Part shown: positions 59,014 to 64,000 of the stretch, piece by piece
Numbering within the stretch: the stretch's first letter is position 1
Layout: every line of letters begins with the position of its first letter
NCBI GenBank assembly: GCA_036141575.1
Contig: JAYZXF010000002.1
Span: 9,536 to 73,535, forward strand
Source of the DNA: Pseudomonadota bacterium
Lineage (GTDB): Bacteria > Pseudomonadota > Alphaproteobacteria > UBA2136 > JAPKEQ01
Direction: 5' to 3'
Length of the DNA: 64,000 nt
Made by a program: the position numbers and the translations under genes
The notes under the pieces: model-generated
The model's database searches: none
Seen by the model: the letters and a program-made list of their open reading frames with translations, nothing else
What the model was told of the DNA's origin: nothing

Positions 59014-59409
59014 CTACGCAGAAGCGGGGATATCAATCTCACCATATACTGCTGTGTCATCATCACTTTCAAAGTCATGACCCCACATTTTTTCCAAATT
59101 ATAGAGTTCACGAGCTTCTTCTTGGAAGATATGAACGATAATATCACCGGCGTCAACTACAACCCAAGAGTTAGCAGGGCTGCCTTCAATGCCTAGGATC
59201 TCATATCCAGCTTTTCTGAGTTCGTCTGATGCGGCGCGAGCGAGAGAGCCGACGTGACGGTCGGAATTCCCTGTGGCTACGATAAATGCCTCAGCAATTG
59301 CAGATTCTGGAAGTGGGATGAGGGTGATGTCCTCAGCTTTCATGTCTTCAAGGGCTTCAAGGGCAACAAGTGCCGCGTTTTGGCCCGTTTTACCAAGATG
59401 AAGTTTCAT
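59014..59409 (-). CDS. rsfS: Ribosomal silencing factor RsfS (Iojap).
   Basis: The Iojap-family sequence (DMKAEDITLIPLPE...WVVVDAGDIIVHIF). Confidence 0.85.
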   Translation of the reverse strand: MKLHLGKTGQNAALVALEALEDMKAEDITLIPLPESAIAEAFIVATGNSDRHVGSLARAASDELRKAGYEILGIEGSPANSWVVVDAGDIIVHIFQEEARELYNLEKMWGHDFESDDDTAVYGEIDIPASA

Positions 59410-59472
59410 CTCTTTCTGTGTTTTAAGGTCTATGGTCCTTACTCCTTTCCTACCTATTTATGGGAGGGAACA

Positions 59473-60132
59473 CTAGCTATCCCATAAATCAGGGTGTTTT
59501 TTGAGCGTATTTTTCTGACGTTTTGTCATATGAGACGGTTCTTCGCCAGAAGATAGCTCTTCCCTAATGTGTGTTGCTTGGCCTTCATGTGGAGGTACAA
59601 ACAGCACGCGCCACTGGGGCGCATCCGCTAGAGGAGAGTGCTCCTCTACGCGAAATTCTTTGTATTTTTCAGCTGCAGGGCTCTCTAGGCCTGCAAGTGA
59701 TGAAAAATGCTCTCTATATAGGACAACAATAGGAAACTCAAGGAAAATTTCGTTCCAGCCTTGCCATGTATGGATGCTGGAAAGGTTATCAGAACCCATA
59801 AGCCAAACAAATGTACAATCTGGGTAAGATGTTTTAAGGGCTCTCAGTGTATCAAGCGTATAGTTGGTGGCAGTATTTTGCTCAAAATCACTCACTTTTA
59901 GCCATGGGCGCTCTTCTGCGAGGTCTTCACAGAGTTTAAAGCGCACATTAAACGGTGCTATGTCATTTTTTTCTTTGAGAGGATTTTGAGGAGAGACAAG
60001 AAACCAGACTTCACTGAATCCTAAGCGTTTGTACGCTTGTTCCGCCATAGTGAGGTGTCCCGTGTGCGGTGGGTTAAAGGAACCTCCTAGGATACCAATA
60101 GTGCGTATGTCTACGTCTCCTTTCTGTATCAA
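59473..60132 (-). CDS. nadD: Nicotinate-nucleotide adenylyltransferase.
   Basis: The motif GILGGSFNPPHTGH. Confidence 0.85.
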   Translation of the reverse strand: MIQKGDVDIRTIGILGGSFNPPHTGHLTMAEQAYKRLGFSEVWFLVSPQNPLKEKNDIAPFNVRFKLCEDLAEERPWLKVSDFEQNTATNYTLDTLRALKTSYPDCTFVWLMGSDNLSSIHTWQGWNEIFLEFPIVVLYREHFSSLAGLESPAAEKYKEFRVEEHSPLADAPQWRVLFVPPHEGQATHIREELSSGEEPSHMTKRQKNTLKKHPDLWDS

Positions 60133-60244
60133 CTAATAAAAGTATGGAAGGTTTGAGGGGGAACTTCAAGGGATAAAAAAATATAATTTCATATCGCCGG
60201 AAAGGGTGTTGTGAAAATGCCTAAATAATAGGCATTCAATGTTT

Positions 60245-60490
60245 TTAGCTTTGCGAATCAGGTTCGAGAAATTTAAGCCAGTGTTTACATGTTGCGGAAA
60301 AGTCATTTTTTATGGCGCACTCCGTAAATATTTTCGAAGCTACCCAATCGGAATATTTCTCAAGAGTTCCATTGCTGAGCAGTATTATCCATAGAATTAA
60401 AACAATAATCCAGAAAAGTAATTTCCAGTCATCTTCTGAAGATTGCATTTCTTTTGTTTGTTGGGTGAACTTATCATCAACTTTTTTCAT
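60245..60490 (-). CDS. Small hypothetical membrane protein (about 81 aa), AT-rich.
   Basis: The ORF has one TM helix and abuts the hemH stop. It is weakly supported. Confidence 0.35.
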   Translation of the reverse strand: MKKVDDKFTQQTKEMQSSEDDWKLLFWIIVLILWIILLSNGTLEKYSDWVASKIFTECAIKNDFSATCKHWLKFLEPDSQS

Positions 60491-60491
60491 G

Positions 60492-61508
60492 TTAGGTCCA
60501 CCCAAGCAGCTCATTGTCACAAATCGCTTTAATCAGCTTCATCCCGTCTTTGCTATCGTTGAGGCATGGGATAAAGGTATATTCTTCACCGCCGTGCTCC
60601 ATAAATGTTTCTTTACCTTCTACAGCAATTTCTTCAAGTGTTTCTACACAGTCCACGCTAAAGCCAGGGGTAATAACGGCAAGCTTTTTAATGCCCTGTT
60701 TAGGGAGGGTTTCTAAAGTGTCTTCTGTAGAAGGCTCAATCCACTGCTCTTTACCGAACTGAGATTGGAAGCTCACTTTGGTTTGGTCTGGTGTGAGGCC
60801 AAGTTTTTCACGTAGAAGACGTGTTGTCTTCTGGCAGTGGCAATGGTACGGGTCACCGCCTTTAAAGTAACGTTCAGGGATACCGTGGTAGCTTGTGAGG
60901 AGTACATCAAATTCTTTATCTTTGGTGTGTTCTTTTACAGAATTTGCAAGTGCTTCAATGTAAACCGGGTGGTCATGATATGGCGGAGCGATACGCAGAG
61001 CTGGCATCCAGCGTGTTTTTTGCATAACGCGGAATACTTCGTCACATACTGAAGCTGTAGTTGCGCCGGCGTACTGTGGGTATAGAGGCACCACAAGAAT
61101 ACGGTCGCAAAATTGCTCTTTCAATTTCTCTAGGGCGCTCTCAATAGAAGGCTGGTCGTAGCGCATGCCAATTTCAACGGCAACATGACGTTTATCAAAC
61201 ATCTCTTGGAGAGCGTCACGTTGTGCAACAGAGGTCACACGCAGTGGGCTATCATCTTTTTCTTTGTCCCAAATTTTAGCGTAATTTTTAGCGCTACGTT
61301 GCGGAATAAAATTGAGAAGAATACCATTTAAAATGAGCCACCATTTTACAGGATTCAGTTCCACAACACGTGGGTCCATGAGGAACTGATTTAGGTATTT
61401 CCTCATTGTTTTGTAATCGAGTGAAGTGGGTGTTCCGAGGTTTACAAGAAGAATCCCAGTTTTATGAGATGTTCCGTGTGTATAAGTTGGCTCTGTTTTG
61501 TATTTCAT
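60492..61508 (-). CDS. hemH: Ferrochelatase.
   Basis: A ferrochelatase sequence (ILLVNLGTP...; SYHGIPERYF). Confidence 0.85.
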   Translation of the reverse strand: MKYKTEPTYTHGTSHKTGILLVNLGTPTSLDYKTMRKYLNQFLMDPRVVELNPVKWWLILNGILLNFIPQRSAKNYAKIWDKEKDDSPLRVTSVAQRDALQEMFDKRHVAVEIGMRYDQPSIESALEKLKEQFCDRILVVPLYPQYAGATTASVCDEVFRVMQKTRWMPALRIAPPYHDHPVYIEALANSVKEHTKDKEFDVLLTSYHGIPERYFKGGDPYHCHCQKTTRLLREKLGLTPDQTKVSFQSQFGKEQWIEPSTEDTLETLPKQGIKKLAVITPGFSVDCVETLEEIAVEGKETFMEHGGEEYTFIPCLNDSKDGMKLIKAICDNELLGWT

Positions 61509-61606
61509 GGGGCGTAATATGGCACAAGGATAGTACGCTTTCAATAGTTGTTTTAGGCTGGGCTTTATCTTAGGGTTTTAGGGGCGGTTTTTTTTGTCAA
61601 AAAGAC

Positions 61607-61637
61607 TTGCAAAACAGCTTACCCCCGTGGTACTAAT
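61607..61637 (+). promoter_or_regulatory. Candidate sigma70-type promoter for the atpH-atpA-atpG operon.
   Basis: TTGCAA, an 18-nt spacer, then TACTAAT, about 50 bp upstream of atpH. Confidence 0.3.
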
Positions 61638-61685
61638 GCCACGAATCTTTTAACGCGCGTAAACAAGATTGATGGTATAAAAAAT

Positions 61686-62234
61686 ATGCAAATTCTTACA
61701 CATGGCCCAGAAAAGCGTTATGCAAAAGCTCTTGTTGAGCTACTTTCTGGAGCTTCTAAAAAAGACGTTGAGTCAGTTCAAGCCGTATCTACGGCTCTTT
61801 CACGAGCAGGTGATGTATCTGCATTTCTATCAGACAGCTCACAGAGCTCTGATGAAAAAACAAAAACACTTCAGGCTTTGGCAAAGAGCGTGAAGGCAAC
61901 GGAACTTGTAACAAACTTCCTTTCAGTAATGGGCGAAAAAGGCCGCAGCGCATTTGTTGAGACAACGCTGAAGCTTGGCCTTGCAATGCTCAGTGAGTCT
62001 GAAGGTCGCATTGTTGCAGAAGTTCGTAGTGCTGAAACTTTGACGAAAGGCCAAAAAGACGCGCTGACTAAGTTTGTGAAAGACGAGTACAAGGATGCCA
62101 AAGACATTAGGCTTGAAGAGATTGTGGATCCTTCAATTATTGCAGGGGTAACTCTGACAGTCGGATCTAAACAGTATGATAATTCGCTCAAAGGTGCTCT
62201 TAGCAGTTTTTCTAAGAACATGAGCAATAAATAA
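61686..62234 (+). CDS. atpH: F0F1 ATP synthase subunit delta (OSCP).
   Basis: OSCP-family length and sequence, in the conserved position before atpA. Confidence 0.85.
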   Translation: MQILTHGPEKRYAKALVELLSGASKKDVESVQAVSTALSRAGDVSAFLSDSSQSSDEKTKTLQALAKSVKATELVTNFLSVMGEKGRSAFVETTLKLGLAMLSESEGRIVAEVRSAETLTKGQKDALTKFVKDEYKDAKDIRLEEIVDPSIIAGVTLTVGSKQYDNSLKGALSSFSKNMSNK

Positions 62235-62266
62235 TTTAATAGAGCAAAGAGAGGACGACAAAACAT

Positions 62267-63847
62267 ATGGTCGACATCAAAGCAGATGAAATCAGTAAAG
62301 TGATTAAGGAGCAAGTCGAGAGCTTTGGTAAAAAAGCTAAGACTGCTGAAGTAGGTCAAGTACTTGCCGTAGGTGACGGTGTAGCACGCGTATATGGCCT
62401 AGATAACGTAAAAGCTGGTGAGCTTGTAGAATTCGCTTCAGGCGCTACAGGTATGGCTCTTAACCTAGACGAAGACCACGTTGGTGTGGTTATCTTCGGT
62501 GATGACTCTTCTATTAAAGAAGGCGACACTGTAAAACGTACAGACCGTATTGTTGACGTACCAGTTGGTAAAGAACTTTGCGGCCGCGTTGTAGACGCTC
62601 TAGGTAACCCAATTGATGACAAAGGCCCTCTAGGCGCTAAAGAAACTGCCCGTGTGGAAGTGATTGCTCCTGGTATTATTGCTCGTAAATCTGTACACGA
62701 GCCAATGCAAACAGGTCTTAAGGCGATTGACGCACTTGTACCAGTAGGTCGTGGCCAGCGTGAGCTGATCATTGGTGACCGTCAAACTGGTAAAACAGCA
62801 GTCGCGATCGATGCCATCATTAACCAAAAAGATACGCACAAAACTGATGCACCAGTTTACTGTGTGTACGTAGCGGTTGGTCAAAAGCGTTCAACTGTTG
62901 CGCAGGTTGTTAAAACACTGCAAGAAAGCGGTGCAATGGAGTACACAACTGTTGTTGCTGCAACAGCTTCTGATCCTGCGCCAATGCAGTTTATGGCACC
63001 ATACACAGGTTGTGCGATTGGTGAGTACTACCGTGACAACGGTATGCACTGCCTGATTATTTACGATGATCTTTCTAAGCAAGCGGTAGCTTACCGTCAG
63101 ATGTCACTTCTACTGCGTCGTCCTCCAGGACGTGAAGCGTACCCAGGTGACGTATTCTACCTACACTCTCGTCTTCTAGAGCGTGCATGTAAGCTTTCTG
63201 ATGAAATGGGTGGTGGCTCGCTAACAGCCCTTCCAATCATTGAAACGCAAGCGGGTGACGTATCTGCCTACATTCCAACAAACGTAATTTCGATTACGGA
63301 TGGTCAGATTTTCCTAGAGAGCGACCTGTTCTTCTCTGGTGTACGTCCAGCGATTAACGTAGGTCTCTCGGTATCTCGTGTTGGTGGTTCTGCACAGGTG
63401 AAAGCAATGAAACAAGTTGCTGGTACACTTCGTCTAGACCTTGCCCAGTACCGTGAAATGGCAGCCTTCTCGCAGTTTGCATCAGACCTTGATGCCTCTA
63501 CGCAGCAGCTTCTATCACGTGGTGAGCGCCTAACTGAGCTTCTAAAGCAGAAGCAGTACAGCCCTATGAGCGCTGCTGAGCAGGTTGTGAGCATCTACGC
63601 TGGTACAAAAGGTTTCCTAGATGACCTTGCGACAGACGATGTCACTGCATTTGAAGCACACCTTGTTGAGCTTGCACGCTCAAGCTACAAGAGCCTGCTA
63701 GACGACATTACGTCTCAAGGTAAGCTTGATGAGAAGCTTGAAGAGCGTGTGAAGGAAGTGATTGAGAGCGCGAAGAACTCTTTCTCTGACTCAGATGATG
63801 AAACTGTAACTAAAGTAAAGGTTGCTGACCTCGATGCCGTCGCTTAA
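62267..63847 (+). CDS. atpA: F0F1 ATP synthase subunit alpha, with a short acidic C-terminal extension.
   Basis: The P-loop GDRQTGKTA and a canonical alpha-subunit sequence. Confidence 0.9.
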   Translation: MVDIKADEISKVIKEQVESFGKKAKTAEVGQVLAVGDGVARVYGLDNVKAGELVEFASGATGMALNLDEDHVGVVIFGDDSSIKEGDTVKRTDRIVDVPVGKELCGRVVDALGNPIDDKGPLGAKETARVEVIAPGIIARKSVHEPMQTGLKAIDALVPVGRGQRELIIGDRQTGKTAVAIDAIINQKDTHKTDAPVYCVYVAVGQKRSTVAQVVKTLQESGAMEYTTVVAATASDPAPMQFMAPYTGCAIGEYYRDNGMHCLIIYDDLSKQAVAYRQMSLLLRRPPGREAYPGDVFYLHSRLLERACKLSDEMGGGSLTALPIIETQAGDVSAYIPTNVISITDGQIFLESDLFFSGVRPAINVGLSVSRVGGSAQVKAMKQVAGTLRLDLAQYREMAAFSQFASDLDASTQQLLSRGERLTELLKQKQYSPMSAAEQVVSIYAGTKGFLDDLATDDVTAFEAHLVELARSSYKSLLDDITSQGKLDEKLEERVKEVIESAKNSFSDSDDETVTKVKVADLDAVA

Positions 63848-64000
63848 AGACCTCCGCGGACGTATTTCGTCTGTTAAAAACACAAGGCAGATTACCAAGA
63901 CCATGAAAATGGTCTCGGCTGCCAAGGTGGTGAGGGCTCGTCAGGCTTGTGAAGAGGCACGTCCATATGCCGAAAAAATGGCATCCGTGCTGAACGGTCT
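63834..64000 (+). CDS. atpG: F0F1 ATP synthase subunit gamma. Partial: the 5' end only; it continues beyond the window.
   Basis: The ATG overlaps the atpA 3' end. The translation is [31 protein letters not shown]..., a typical gamma N-terminus. Confidence 0.8.
   Translation, partial: MPSLKDLRGRISSVKNTRQITKTMKMVSAAKVVRARQACEEARPYAEKMASVLNG

Overview
This looks like an alphaproteobacterial chromosome segment, judging by gene content and synteny (mdh-sucCD, atpHAG, gpmI-M23-ctpA-yibQ-rppH, nadD-rsfS-rlmH, dnaX-ybaB-recR, rpmI-rplT-pheST). Overall GC appears to be in the high 40s percent. Most of the window is housekeeping: ftsK (partial), rsmB, rimK, lepA, pheS and pheT, rplT, rpmI, trxB, a 2-Cys peroxiredoxin, mdh, sucC and sucD, dnaX, ybaB, recR, rppH, ctpA, gpmI, rlmH, rsfS, nadD, hemH, and atpH, atpA and partial atpG. 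It also holds an aa3-type cytochrome oxidase cluster in the order ctaC-ctaA-ctaB-ctaG-ctaD. Two RNA genes are not visible in the ORF track: tRNA-Ser(GGA) at 4858-4945 and a probable SRP (4.5S) RNA at about 42140-42245. I found no CRISPR array, transposase, integrase or recognisable phage gene. The accessory, possibly novel, content sits in small islands between conserved operons; the first three listed here are the most system-like candidates. (1) A small lipoprotein ORF, a 553-aa extremely acidic secreted protein with highly-expressed-gene codon usage, and an orphan GspC-like gene (TM-HR-PDZ) lie upstream of tRNA-Ser. Downstream of the tRNA is an att-like 11-nt repeat and a low-GC Cys-rich lipoprotein. 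(2) A NUDIX / DUF62 SAM-hydroxide adenosyltransferase-like / orphan histidine kinase / NUDIX / small PLDc_N-like membrane protein neighbourhood surrounds the SRP RNA. (3) A low-GC polytopic membrane protein plus a HAD hydrolase are inserted inside the normally contiguous sucC-sucD operon. (4) There are two sulfotransferase-domain proteins, one fused to TPR repeats. (5) An Ala/Gly/Lys-rich glycine-zipper membrane protein with a TTG start follows recR. (6) Several standalone hypothetical proteins are present: an HExxH protein, a nucleoside 2-deoxyribosyltransferase-like protein, and a secreted protein with a Met/His-rich tail. None of these can be assigned to a known defence or mobile system from sequence alone. 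All functional calls are by-eye recognition of motifs and family resemblance in the translated ORFs, with no database search run.
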